A stretch of 64,000 bases of DNA from contig JBCBZB010000012.1 in the NCBI GenBank assembly GCA_039815565.1, positions 5,072-69,071 on the forward strand, given 5' to 3'. Every line of letters starts with the position of its first letter. The stretch's first letter is position 1. Position numbers and translations under genes: made by a program. The notes beneath the pieces were generated by a model. The model ran no database searches, had not been told where the DNA came from, and worked only from the letters and a program-made list of their open reading frames with translations. The DNA comes from Planctomycetota bacterium (GTDB lineage: Bacteria > Planctomycetota > UBA1135 > UBA2386). Below, in pieces: positions 31,164 to 40,878 of the stretch.

Positions 31164-32837
31164 ATGCCTACTGAAGTCTACTTCGTCATAGCGGCGGTCC
31201 TCGTACTCACGAGCTTCGCCGCAGTCCTGGCCAAGCGCTACAAGCGCTGCCCGAGCAACCGCATTCTCGTCATCTACGGCCGAGTCTCCGAAGGACGCTC
31301 CGCGCGATGTTTGCACGGTGGTGGCTCGTTCGTCTGGCCGCTGATCCAGGACTACTCATTCCTGTCGCTGGACCCGATGCAGATCGAGATCCCGCTGCGA
31401 GGCGCGCTGTCGAGTGAGAACATCCGCGTCAACGTGCCTAGCGTGTTCACGGTCGCGGTGGGCACCGAGCCGGCCGTCATGAACAACGCCGCCGAGCGTC
31501 TGCTCGGACTGCAGGTTCGCGAGATCATGAAGCAGGCCGAAGACATCATCTTCGGTCAGCTCCGCCAGGTGATCGCGTCGATGGCGATCGAGGACATCAA
31601 CCGCGACCGCGACAAGTTCCTCGAGAGCATTCACGACTCGCTGGCCTCCGAACTCGAGAAGATCGGCCTCATCCTGCTGAACGTGAACATCACCGACATC
31701 ACCGACGAGTCGGGATACATCGAGGCGATCGGTCGAAAAGCCGCGAGCGAAGCGATCCAACAAGCCGAGATCGATGTCGCCGTCCAACAGAAGAAGGGTG
31801 CGATCGGGGTCGCCGAAGCCGAACGCGAGCGCATGATCTCCGTCGCGCAGGCGAACAAGCTGCAGGACATCGGCACCAAGGAGGCCGAGCGTGACAAGCT
31901 CGTCCGGATCGCCGACCTCGACCGCGAAACGGCCGTCGGCCAGCAGGAAGCGGACTATCAACGCGAAGCGGAGGTCAAGCAGGCCGAGCGCGAGATGCGA
32001 ATCGTCACTTCGAAAGCCGAGTCCGAAGCGGTCACCGGCGAGAACGAGGCGAAGAAGACCGTCGCCGATGCGAACGCGTCTCTTAGTGTCCGCGAGGCCG
32101 AGGCGTTCCAGCTCTCCGAGACACGTCGCCGCGAAGCCGATGCGGCCGTTCGTCAAGCGCAGTACGAGGCCGAAGCACTCGCCGCCGAAGCACTCGCCCG
32201 CAAGGTCGAGCGTGAGAAGCGCGCCGAACTCGAAGCGGTTGCCAAGGCCGAGAAGGCCAAGCAGATCGTCGACGCGGAAGCGGCCGCCGAGCAGGTCCGT
32301 ATCGATGCTGACGCGCGCGCCGCGGCCATCTTCGCCGAGGCTGAGGCGCGTGCTCGTGGTGAGTACGAGGCCCTCGCCAAGAAGGCCGATGGTCTGCGCC
32401 AGATCGTCGAGCACTGTGGCGGTGCGCAGCAGGCGTTCCAGCTGTTGATGCTCGAACAGCTGCCGCAACTCGCGGAGACCGCAGCGAGCGCGATCTCGAA
32501 CATCAAATTCGACAAGGTCGTGGTCTGGGACTCCGGGAAGGAAGGCGGCGGCACGCAGGGCTTCCTCAAGAACATCGCCGGGTCGCTCCCTCCGATGCTG
32601 CACATGATGCGCGACATCGGCGGAGTCGAGATGCCGGAGTTCCTCGGGAAGCTGATTGATGGCGAGACGAAGCCAGATTCCGAGAACGCATCGAAGTCCG
32701 AGTCGGAAGGCGCGGACGCGGGCGCAACGAAGAAGAAGTCGACGCCACGCAAGCCGACTCCGAGCCGCGGCAAGCCCGGGACTTCCGGCGGACCGAAGGC
32801 CTCGGGCGGAGGCTCGAATCCGGAACCGAACGCCTGA
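31164..32837 (+). CDS. Flotillin-like SPFH/band-7 protein (YqiK/FloA-like)
   Basis: N-terminal TM. SPFH core. Long Ala/Glu-rich coiled-coil (EA repeats). Flotillin C-terminal block. Lys/Ser/Gly-rich tail. Confidence 0.8.
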   Translation: MPTEVYFVIAAVLVLTSFAAVLAKRYKRCPSNRILVIYGRVSEGRSARCLHGGGSFVWPLIQDYSFLSLDPMQIEIPLRGALSSENIRVNVPSVFTVAVGTEPAVMNNAAERLLGLQVREIMKQAEDIIFGQLRQVIASMAIEDINRDRDKFLESIHDSLASELEKIGLILLNVNITDITDESGYIEAIGRKAASEAIQQAEIDVAVQQKKGAIGVAEAERERMISVAQANKLQDIGTKEAERDKLVRIADLDRETAVGQQEADYQREAEVKQAEREMRIVTSKAESEAVTGENEAKKTVADANASLSVREAEAFQLSETRRREADAAVRQAQYEAEALAAEALARKVEREKRAELEAVAKAEKAKQIVDAEAAAEQVRIDADARAAAIFAEAEARARGEYEALAKKADGLRQIVEHCGGAQQAFQLLMLEQLPQLAETAASAISNIKFDKVVVWDSGKEGGGTQGFLKNIAGSLPPMLHMMRDIGGVEMPEFLGKLIDGETKPDSENASKSESEGADAGATKKKSTPRKPTPSRGKPGTSGGPKASGGGSNPEPNA

Positions 32838-32927
32838 GCGGCTGGCCGCGTCGCTCGAATTCGGTAGCTTCGCGCGGTGGCCCGGGTCCTCCACCCGGTC
32901 ACCGCTCGCCGAACCGCTCCGATTCCC

Positions 32928-33902
32928 GTGAACGACGCTCGCCAGACTCTCGCTCTCCTTTCCACGCTCTTCGCGGCGGTGGTCACCTCGAACCCGCTCG
33001 CCGCGCAGGACGTGTTGCCACGGACCTTCACACCGAGCGTCTCGGCGTCGATCCTCGATCAACCGCGCGACGGCCTCGGGGATTCGTTCGACCCAACCTT
33101 CCCCGGACTCCTGCGGGAGCAGTCGACCCGGGAGAACCGCGCGATTCAGGAGTTCGACCTGAACGGTCTGACGAGTGCCGACGTGTTCCAGGCGACCTTG
33201 TCGACCGAGGTGAGCGTCAACAACGCCGCGAACAACGGTCTGCGGACGTTCGACTTCCTCCTCTACCCGGGGAACGGCGTCGCGGATCTCAGTGACTTCG
33301 AGATCGCGAGCACGGTCGTCGGAACCGGTTCGTACTCGCCGCCGGTCGAGTCGTCGTTCACGGTCTCGTTTGACGTGACGACAACCCTTCGCGCGATCCT
33401 CGACACCGGAACCGATCAGATCGGTCTGCGCGTCGACCCGACCTCGAACCCGAACTTCCCGAACGTTCTGGGCAGCGCGACGACGCTGACCGTCGACGTC
33501 GGCCTGTCCGAGTTCGGAACCTCGACCAGCTGGACCTCAGGCACTCCGCGCGCGAGGTTTGCGGCTCTCCCGAGCCCGACGCTGCCAATCCCGCTCGAGC
33601 TCAGCGGTAACCCGGCGAACGGCACGGTGTTCTGGCTGCTCGGGTTCTCCGCCCTGCCCTCGCCGATCGACCTTTCGCCGATCGGCCTGCAACCGGGCGC
33701 CGTGCTCCTGATCGACCCACTCACCTCCGGAACCGTCGTGGCCGACGCGTCGGGCAACGCGACGCCAATCGTGGTCACGCTGCCAAACCGCCCAGCGATC
33801 GTCGGCGCGTCACTGTTGGCGCAGAGCCTCACGCTCGATCCGCTGCTGCCGTTCCCGATTCCGCTCGCGACGAGCCGAGCTGTCGAAGCAGTGATCCGCT
33901 GA
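32928..33902 (+). CDS. Hypothetical secreted protein
   Basis: GTG start followed by the signal-like LALLSTLFAAVVTSNPLAAQ. Thr/Ser-rich beta-strand-rich composition. No catalytic motif recognised. Confidence 0.45.
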   Translation: MNDARQTLALLSTLFAAVVTSNPLAAQDVLPRTFTPSVSASILDQPRDGLGDSFDPTFPGLLREQSTRENRAIQEFDLNGLTSADVFQATLSTEVSVNNAANNGLRTFDFLLYPGNGVADLSDFEIASTVVGTGSYSPPVESSFTVSFDVTTTLRAILDTGTDQIGLRVDPTSNPNFPNVLGSATTLTVDVGLSEFGTSTSWTSGTPRARFAALPSPTLPIPLELSGNPANGTVFWLLGFSALPSPIDLSPIGLQPGAVLLIDPLTSGTVVADASGNATPIVVTLPNRPAIVGASLLAQSLTLDPLLPFPIPLATSRAVEAVIR

Positions 33903-33933
33903 GGCCGAGGTCCGCACCTGATAGCCTGACCGG

Positions 33934-34842
33934 GTGCCCGATCACACCCCCGCACCGACCGGAACAACGACGCGCACCGAGCAACGGACGGTCGAGGTCT
34001 CGGACGTCTCGGTGCGGTTCCGCAAGAATCGGTTCGCCGGCATCCGGCAGGACCTCGACGCCCTCGTCGGGATCGACCTGACGGCGACCTCGGGTGAGGT
34101 GCTCGGCATCCTCGGTCCGAATGGTTCCGGCAAGACGACGCTGTTCCGCGTGCTCGCCGGCGAGCTCGAGCCAACGTCTGGATCGGCGCGGGTGTTCGGA
34201 CTCGATCCGACGGCCCGGGAACTCACGGCGCGCGTGGGTTACCAACCCGAAGGCCCCTTGCCGTTCTCGAACCTGCCCGGCGGGCGCTTTCTGCGACACA
34301 TGGGCGCGCTCTCGGGTCTCTCCTCGACGCAAGGCAAGGAGGCGGCATCGCACTGGCTCGATCGCCTCGACCTGAGCCACGCAGCCGACCGCCCCCTGCG
34401 CGACTACAGCACCGGCATGCGCAAGCGCCTCGCTCTTTGCGCCGCGCTCCTCGGTGATCCGGAGCTGCTGATCCTCGACGAACCGACGGCTGGTCTGGAC
34501 CCGGATGGATCGGAGCGAATCCTCGAGATCCTGCAGGAGCGCGCTGCAGCCGGCGGCACCGTACTGCTCGCGTCCCACCACCTGCAGGAAGTCGAACAGG
34601 CCTGCCAACGGATCGTCGTCCTGTCGGCTGGACACCTCGTCCGGGAGGGCTCACTCGAGGACCTCCTGGACAACGAAGAGCGTGCCTTGATCTTGCGCCA
34701 CATCGAAGACGAGAAGCGTCCGTCGGTCGAAGCGGCGGCACGTGCCGCCGGCGCCCAGGTCATAGATTGGCGACGCGGACAACGACACCTGTTCTCGCTG
34801 TTCCGCGAACTGCGCGAAGAGACCAGACGGAGCGATCCTTGA
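33934..34842 (+). CDS. ABC transporter ATP-binding protein
   Basis: Walker A GPNGSGKTT. Signature YSTGMRKRLAL (LSGGQ-like). Walker B LLILDEPTAGLD. H-loop. Confidence 0.85.
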   Translation: MPDHTPAPTGTTTRTEQRTVEVSDVSVRFRKNRFAGIRQDLDALVGIDLTATSGEVLGILGPNGSGKTTLFRVLAGELEPTSGSARVFGLDPTARELTARVGYQPEGPLPFSNLPGGRFLRHMGALSGLSSTQGKEAASHWLDRLDLSHAADRPLRDYSTGMRKRLALCAALLGDPELLILDEPTAGLDPDGSERILEILQERAAAGGTVLLASHHLQEVEQACQRIVVLSAGHLVREGSLEDLLDNEERALILRHIEDEKRPSVEAAARAAGAQVIDWRRGQRHLFSLFRELREETRRSDP

Positions 34843-35984
34843 GTTCGCGCTCGCGAGTGCGTCGGAGTCTCGCGATCGCAAGCTCGGTCACCTCGGGTTC
34901 GGTCGTACCCCTCGCAGCGGCGGCCGTCCTGGGCACGGCGCTGACGATCGCCCTGAGCCCCGGCCAGACGATCGAAGCAGACGCCCTGGGTCTCGATGGC
35001 ATCGACCCCACCATCGCGTGGCTCAACCTCGCCGCCCTCGTTCTCGGGGTGACGTCGCTGGCCTCGACGATCGAGAGTTGGCCTGGCTTCGGGCGCGGTC
35101 ACCCTGGCCGGGGAATGGTCGACCGACTGCAACCCGGACCACTCGACGGCTGTGTCCAGGCCAGCGTGACGGCCGTCCTGCTGAACGCCGTGTTCGCGAC
35201 CCTCGTGTTGCTCGCGCTCCTGTCTTCCGGCTTCGGTCCGATCGAAGCCGAACAGGATTCCGTACCCGGCAACCGGTCGGAGGGGGCCGCCGTCCACGAG
35301 GTGGCCACCTTGCTGCCGCTCCGATCCGAGGACCTGGGAACCGACCTAGCGACAGCCGTCGGACCGGGCCGTCCGATCGCTGAGTGGCGGCTCCCCGCCC
35401 AGGCCGGCTTCGAGCAGATCGAGCTCCGACCGCGCATCGTGGTCACCGAGAGCGGACTCGGGCCGGCGAACCTGCGGATCTGGTTCGACGACCAGGATCC
35501 CGCCGTCGCCGGGACGATCTGCCAGATCGAACGCAACGGTGAGCGCCTCCGGCTCCCCATGCCGAGCGGTGCGAAGACCCTCCACCTCGAACGACTCGCG
35601 GGTTCGGGACTGGCCTTGGCGTTTCCCGACGATTCCTCGACCGCGGTCCGTCCGATCGACCGCAGCCGGACGCTGAACCTCATCTACGCGATCTCGATCG
35701 CCTCAGCAGGGCTGTTCGCGGCCTTCGGGGCAGGCTGCGTCCTGCGCCGCTTCGTCCGTCGGGACCTGTTGGCAGGGACCAGCGTCGGTATCTTCCTGTT
35801 CCTCACACTGATCGGCCTGGCCCCGCAGGTGCCCGCTCTCGCAGCGGCTGCCCGAGCGGAGAGCGCCCTCGGACCGGACACCCAGCACGGGGTGTTTTGG
35901 TCGCTTTCCATCGGGGGCGGGCTCATGCTGTTTGGCGTAAGTCCCCGCTTCCTGCGACAACCTTGGCTTCGACGCGCGACATGA
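34839..35984 (+). CDS. Membrane permease-like protein with a large extracytoplasmic loop (ABC partner)
   Basis: TTG start overlapping the ABC stop (TTGA). Three N-terminal and three C-terminal hydrophobic helices flank a soluble insert of about 140 aa. Confidence 0.5.
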   Translation: MSSRSRVRRSLAIASSVTSGSVVPLAAAAVLGTALTIALSPGQTIEADALGLDGIDPTIAWLNLAALVLGVTSLASTIESWPGFGRGHPGRGMVDRLQPGPLDGCVQASVTAVLLNAVFATLVLLALLSSGFGPIEAEQDSVPGNRSEGAAVHEVATLLPLRSEDLGTDLATAVGPGRPIAEWRLPAQAGFEQIELRPRIVVTESGLGPANLRIWFDDQDPAVAGTICQIERNGERLRLPMPSGAKTLHLERLAGSGLALAFPDDSSTAVRPIDRSRTLNLIYAISIASAGLFAAFGAGCVLRRFVRRDLLAGTSVGIFLFLTLIGLAPQVPALAAAARAESALGPDTQHGVFWSLSIGGGLMLFGVSPRFLRQPWLRRAT

Positions 35985-36865
35985 CCCCCTGGATCGCCCT
36001 CCTGGTCGCGCTCGGAAGCAGCACGGCGACCCTGGCGACTCTGCCAGTCGAAGCCGGATCGCAGCCGTCCGCGTCGAGATCCGAGGTCGCGACCGAGCTG
36101 CTGTTTCCAATCCGCGCCCTGGTCCGCCCGCTGTCGATGCCGCGCACCTGGCTTTGGCTCGATCAGAGCAGCCGGTTCGGGCGATTCGAAGAAGAGGTCG
36201 CAGCAACCCGCGCACTCCTGGACGTCGTTCCGGAATGGACCGACGGGCATGCCCATCTGGCCTGGCTCCTCGGGCTCGACCTCCGTCGCAACGAAGACGA
36301 TCCACGTCGTCGTGCGGACTACCTGTTCGCCGCAATCCAGACGCTCGAGCGAGAGACCGATCGCTGCCTCCAACGTTCGGACGAAGTCGACGCGGTATCC
36401 CTCTGCCTCAGTGCGGCGACCCTGCTCCTTCACACGGCCGACGTCGACGCCGACCTCGCTCCGATCTACCTCGAGCGCTACGGCCTGAGGATCGAGGATC
36501 ACGCACGACAGATCGCGGCACGCGCCGTCGAGATCTCCTCGGACGAAGTCACTCGTGGTCGCCTCGCCGACGCCTCGACGGCTTCGCTGCGCGCCGCACT
36601 GAGACGTGGCCAACTGGAGCGCGCGGAAGCGATGCGCGAAGGCGCATTCGAGTTGTTTCGCAGTGTCGACGCGCCGAGTGCACGCCGGTTGGCGGACACC
36701 CTCGAAGAGCTCGGCCCGCTGCCAGAAGCCCTCAGAGAGGCTCAGAACGACGATTCGCGACTTCGGCGACTCGCCGAGGACGCCCCCTGGATCCGCAGCG
36801 CGATCGACAGCGTCCTCGAAATCGCCGCCGAGCGACTTCCCGAATCGAACGAGGAGGGTCGCTGA
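35981..36865 (+). CDS. Hypothetical exported protein
   Basis: ATGA overlap with the upstream gene. Signal-like MTPWIALLVALGSSTATLATLPVEA. Helical Arg/Ala/Leu-rich composition. Confidence 0.5.
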   Translation: MTPWIALLVALGSSTATLATLPVEAGSQPSASRSEVATELLFPIRALVRPLSMPRTWLWLDQSSRFGRFEEEVAATRALLDVVPEWTDGHAHLAWLLGLDLRRNEDDPRRRADYLFAAIQTLERETDRCLQRSDEVDAVSLCLSAATLLLHTADVDADLAPIYLERYGLRIEDHARQIAARAVEISSDEVTRGRLADASTASLRAALRRGQLERAEAMREGAFELFRSVDAPSARRLADTLEELGPLPEALREAQNDDSRLRRLAEDAPWIRSAIDSVLEIAAERLPESNEEGR

Positions 36866-36868
36866 ACG

Positions 36869-37735
36869 ATGGAGTCTCTCCAGTTCCTCCTCGACGCACC
36901 CTACTACTCGATCGCGATCCTGTTCATCGCCTGCGGGTTGGGGTTCCCGTTCCCGGAGGAGCCCGGGCTCCTGATCGCCGGCTTCCTGTGCTTCAAGACT
37001 GAAGCCGAGGTGCCGACGATGATGCTGATCTGCGTCACGACGATCCTGATCGGCGATCTGATCCCCTTCGCGATCGGCAAGTTCCTCGGCCCAAAGGTGC
37101 TGAAGATCCGACTACTCCGGTTCTTCATCACGCCGGAACGACTCGCGCGCTTCGACCTGTGGTTCCGCAAGCGCGGCGACCTCGTCGTCTTCCTATCGCG
37201 CTTCGTCGTCGGCCTGCGGATCGTGTCGTTCTTCACCGCGGGCACGATGCGCATGAGCTTCGGGCGCTTCCTGCTGCTCGACGGCCTCGGCGTCGTGATC
37301 ATCGCGCCGCCGCTGATCTGGCTCGGGAACCGCTTCGGCAGCTCGATCGAGGATGTGCTGGGCCAGGTCAAGCAGATCGAACACGGCCTCCTGGTGACCC
37401 TGGCCGCAGTCGGCACGATCGGCGGCGTCTGGTATTGGCTGCGTTGGCAGCGCCGCCAGAAGGCCCTGGTCGGTGCGGCGACCGACGCGTTCGTCGGGCC
37501 CCGGCTTCCCCAGCCTGACACCTTGCGCATCGAGGTCGGCCCGCGGGGCCTGATCCAAGGCGGCGACGATCAGCCGATCGAGGCCCAAGCGACGGCAGCC
37601 GAAGCCGCGCCAGACCCGGGAGAACCCCAGGACCCGAAGGCCTCCGAACGCTCCGAAGAGGCGTCCGGATCGGGATCCGGGGGCGATTCGGAACCTCCCA
37701 CGGCATCGGGCGGTGACGAATCGAAGACCGGCTGA
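36869..37735 (+). CDS. DedA/SNARE-associated family membrane protein with an acidic/Gly-rich C-terminal tail
   Basis: GLGFPFPEEPGLL and FLSRFVVGLRIVSFFTAG are DedA blocks. Confidence 0.7.
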   Translation: MESLQFLLDAPYYSIAILFIACGLGFPFPEEPGLLIAGFLCFKTEAEVPTMMLICVTTILIGDLIPFAIGKFLGPKVLKIRLLRFFITPERLARFDLWFRKRGDLVVFLSRFVVGLRIVSFFTAGTMRMSFGRFLLLDGLGVVIIAPPLIWLGNRFGSSIEDVLGQVKQIEHGLLVTLAAVGTIGGVWYWLRWQRRQKALVGAATDAFVGPRLPQPDTLRIEVGPRGLIQGGDDQPIEAQATAAEAAPDPGEPQDPKASERSEEASGSGSGGDSEPPTASGGDESKTG

Positions 37736-37850
37736 AAACGCCGTCTGAGCGCTTTCTTGCCCGCCAGAACCGCGCCCGTTACCGTCCGGCGCCCTTCCGC
37801 GCGGCGTCCGGCCGCGCCAACTTTCAGCTCAATCGACCCCCACCACCACC

Positions 37851-39947
37851 ATGACCTACGTGGCCCTGGTCATTGCCCTCCTGGCCGTCGGTCTCGCCGT
37901 GAAACTCTACGGCGAGATCATGCAGCAGGACGAAGGCACCGACCGCATGAAGGAGATCGCTCGCTACATCCAGGCGGGCGGCAAGGCATTCCTCAACGCC
38001 GAGTACAAGTGGCTCTCGGTGTTCGTCGGCATCGTGTTCCTCGCGATGATCGTCACACCGGCGTTCGGCGCGAAGACCGCGCTGGCGTTCCTGCTCGGAG
38101 CGATCGCCTCGGGTGCTGCCGGCTACTTCGGCATGCACACGGCGACCCGCGCTGCGGTGCGCACGACGCAAGCGGCGCGGAGCAGCCTGAGCAAGGCGCT
38201 CGACATCTCCTTCAAGTCGGGAATCGTCATGGGCATGACGGTCGTCGGCCTCGGCCTGACGGGCATCTGCCTCTTGCTGATGTTCTACGGCAAGGACGGC
38301 GAGGCCCTGAACCAGATCCTCGGCTTCTCCTTCGGAGCCTCGTCGATCGCGCTCTTCGCGCGCGTCGGTGGCGGCATCTACACGAAGGCCGCGGACGTCG
38401 GTGCGGACCTGGTCGGCAAGGTCGAAGCCGGCATTCCGGAAGACGACCCGCGCAACCCGGCCACGATCGCGGACAACGTCGGCGACAACGTGGGCGACGT
38501 CGCGGGCATGGGTGCGGACCTCTTCGAGTCGTTCGTCGGCGCGATCCTCGCGACGATGATCCTCGGCGTGTCGCTTGCATCGGGAACCGGTGAAGACCTC
38601 GAGAAGTCGCAGAGCGCGCTGCTGTCCTACCCGCTGGCGATCGCCGCGATGGGCGTCATTGCCTCGTTCCTAGGCACCTTCCTGGTCAAGACCGACGACG
38701 AGAAGAAGCTCAGCCACGCACTGCACAACGGTCTCTTGGCGGCCTCCGGCATCCTGGTCGTCCTGATGGCGATCCTGACCGCGATCGTCAAGCCCGAGAT
38801 CGGCACTGGAGACGACAAGGTCGGTTCCTGGAGCATCTACTTCTCGATGATCATCGGCCTCGCCGCCGGCGTCTTCATCGGCCAGGCGACCGAGTACTTC
38901 ACCTCGGAGAAGAAGAAGCCGGTCCACTGGATCGCGGAGCAGAGCCAGTCGGGCCCGGCGACGAACATCATCGGCGGCCTGGCTGTCGGCATGCAGTCGA
39001 CCTGGCTGCCGGTCGTCCTACTCTCCCTCGCCATCTACGGCTGCTCGGAGCTCGCTGGCGTCTACGGCATCTGCGTCGCCGCGGTTGGCATGCTCGCCAC
39101 CCTGGGCATCTCGCTCGGCATCGACGCCTTCGGCCCGGTCGCCGACAACGCCGGTGGCCTCGCCGAAATGGCCGAGCTCGAGCCGGAAGTCCGCCAGCGC
39201 ACCGACGCCCTCGACGCGACCGGCAACACGACGGCCGCGATCGGTAAGGGATTCGCGATCGGCTCGGCGGCGCTGACGGCGCTCGCTCTGTTCAACACCT
39301 ACCAATCCCAACTCGCCACTGAGTTGGCGGCTAAGGCCTCCGCAGAAGGTGGTGGCCTGGCCGGCATAATCTCTGCTATCGACACCAGCTCGATGCTGAG
39401 CTTGGGCCAACCGATGGTCGTCGTGGGCCTCCTGCTCGGCGCGATGCTGCCGTTCCTGTTCAGCTCGATGGCGATGCGCGCGGTCGGCCTGGCCGCGAAC
39501 GACATGGTCGAAGAGGTGCGCCGCCAGTTCCGGGAGATCCCGGGCATCATGGAAGGCACCGGCAAACCCGACTACGAGCGCTGCGTCGAGATCTCCACGG
39601 CCGGCTCGCTCCGGGCGATGATCGTTCCTGGCCTGCTCGCGGTCATCGCACCGCTCGCAGTCGGCATGATCTTCGGCCCTGCCGCCGTCGCCGGCCTGCT
39701 GGCGGGCGCCCTCGGCTCCGGTGTGATGATGGCACTGTTCATGGCGAACGCCGGCGGTGCCTGGGACAACGCCAAGAAGTACGTCGAAGCCGGTGCCCAC
39801 GGTGGCAAGGGCTCGGACGTCCACAAGGCCGCCGTCATCGGCGACACGGTCGGTGACCCGTTCAAGGACACCGCAGGCCCGTCGATCAACATCCTCATCA
39901 AGCTGATGTCGATCGCCTCGGTCCTGGCGCTGCCGCTCTTCCTCTGA
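37851..39947 (+). CDS. hppA: Membrane-bound proton-translocating pyrophosphatase (H+-PPase)
   Basis: [53 protein letters not shown]. About 16 TM segments. Confidence 0.9.
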   Translation: MTYVALVIALLAVGLAVKLYGEIMQQDEGTDRMKEIARYIQAGGKAFLNAEYKWLSVFVGIVFLAMIVTPAFGAKTALAFLLGAIASGAAGYFGMHTATRAAVRTTQAARSSLSKALDISFKSGIVMGMTVVGLGLTGICLLLMFYGKDGEALNQILGFSFGASSIALFARVGGGIYTKAADVGADLVGKVEAGIPEDDPRNPATIADNVGDNVGDVAGMGADLFESFVGAILATMILGVSLASGTGEDLEKSQSALLSYPLAIAAMGVIASFLGTFLVKTDDEKKLSHALHNGLLAASGILVVLMAILTAIVKPEIGTGDDKVGSWSIYFSMIIGLAAGVFIGQATEYFTSEKKKPVHWIAEQSQSGPATNIIGGLAVGMQSTWLPVVLLSLAIYGCSELAGVYGICVAAVGMLATLGISLGIDAFGPVADNAGGLAEMAELEPEVRQRTDALDATGNTTAAIGKGFAIGSAALTALALFNTYQSQLATELAAKASAEGGGLAGIISAIDTSSMLSLGQPMVVVGLLLGAMLPFLFSSMAMRAVGLAANDMVEEVRRQFREIPGIMEGTGKPDYERCVEISTAGSLRAMIVPGLLAVIAPLAVGMIFGPAAVAGLLAGALGSGVMMALFMANAGGAWDNAKKYVEAGAHGGKGSDVHKAAVIGDTVGDPFKDTAGPSINILIKLMSIASVLALPLFL

Positions 39948-40002
39948 GCGCAAGCCGGCAGCGCCGCTCTCGGGCGGCGCGCCAGGCCACCCGACCGGCA
40001 GG

Positions 40003-40740
40003 GTGCCAAGGCCCTCTTCGGGCCGCCCCGGTCTTCCGTTGGGGCGAAACGCGCCCCACGGAACACCCCCGGGGATCGGGTTGCCGCCATTCGATGAACG
40101 GCTCCCCCTTTCGGGAGCCTTCGTTGTTGGTATCCTGCGGGGTTCCAAAACCCTCAGGACCAGACCCATAGACGCCAAGCAGTTCGCTCTCGACCTCGCC
40201 GACCTCCTGGACGAGAACTACGCCGGGGACCTCGCGATTCTCGACGTCTCGGGTCCGCTCGCGATCGCCGACTACTTCGTGGTCGCGACCGCGAGAAACT
40301 CCCGCCACGCGCATGCGCTCGCGCGCTTGCTGATGCCGATCGCCAAGAGCCAGGGAGCGTCGTTCCGCCGCCAGGCCGGACTGCAGCAGAAGGGCTCGGG
40401 CGGCAACGGTGGTGATTCGGGCTGGGCCCTGCTCGACTTCGACCTGGTCGTCGTCCACCTGTTCGACGAGGAGCGTCGGGCGTTCTACGCGCTCGAGGAT
40501 CTCTACGCAGACGTCCCCAGGGTCGAGTTCACCCCGCGCGAACGGCCGGACGGGATCCCCGAGGATGCGATCCCGGGCATGGAAGGCACGGATGGCCGCG
40601 GAGGGAACTTCGAGGACGCCTTCGACGACCTCGCCGCCTTCGACGACGGCAGCGACAGCGGCTTCGCTGATTCGTCCACTTCGGACCAACGTCGCAACTT
40701 TCCGGACTCGGCATGGCCCGAGTCGGTCGACGAAATCTGA
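40003..40740 (+). CDS. rsfS: Ribosomal silencing factor RsfS (Iojap) with an acidic C-terminal extension; start uncertain
   Basis: ILDVSGPLAIADYFVVATARNSRHAHALA and DLVVVHLFDEERRAFYALEDLY are RsfS blocks. The true start is probably an internal non-ATG codon near 40081-40190. Confidence 0.65.
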   Translation: MPRPSSGRPGLPLGRNAPHGTPPGIGLPPFDERLPLSGAFVVGILRGSKTLRTRPIDAKQFALDLADLLDENYAGDLAILDVSGPLAIADYFVVATARNSRHAHALARLLMPIAKSQGASFRRQAGLQQKGSGGNGGDSGWALLDFDLVVVHLFDEERRAFYALEDLYADVPRVEFTPRERPDGIPEDAIPGMEGTDGRGGNFEDAFDDLAAFDDGSDSGFADSSTSDQRRNFPDSAWPESVDEI

Positions 40741-40878
40741 TTCGTTGAGGATGATCGGGGCGACGGCTGGATGGCGCGTCCGCTCTCGATCGAGAGCAAT
40801 CCTCGGGCACTGAGCAGATCGGGTGCGTGACCCACTGCCAGTGATCGACCATCCGGACGATCGACGGCATCAGACGGC

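Noticed and set aside
31900-32420. Repetitive GAAGC/GCCGA-rich DNA that could be mistaken for a tandem or CRISPR-like repeat
   Set aside because: It is in-frame coding sequence for the Ala/Glu-rich coiled-coil of the flotillin. It has no regular repeat-spacer periodicity.
40003-40150. N-terminal 50 aa of the RsfS track ORF (MPRPSSGRPGLPLGRNAPHG...)
   Set aside because: It is Pro/Gly/Arg-rich, with no counterpart in RsfS proteins. The true start is probably a downstream non-ATG codon. I kept the full ORF coordinates but marked the start as uncertain.
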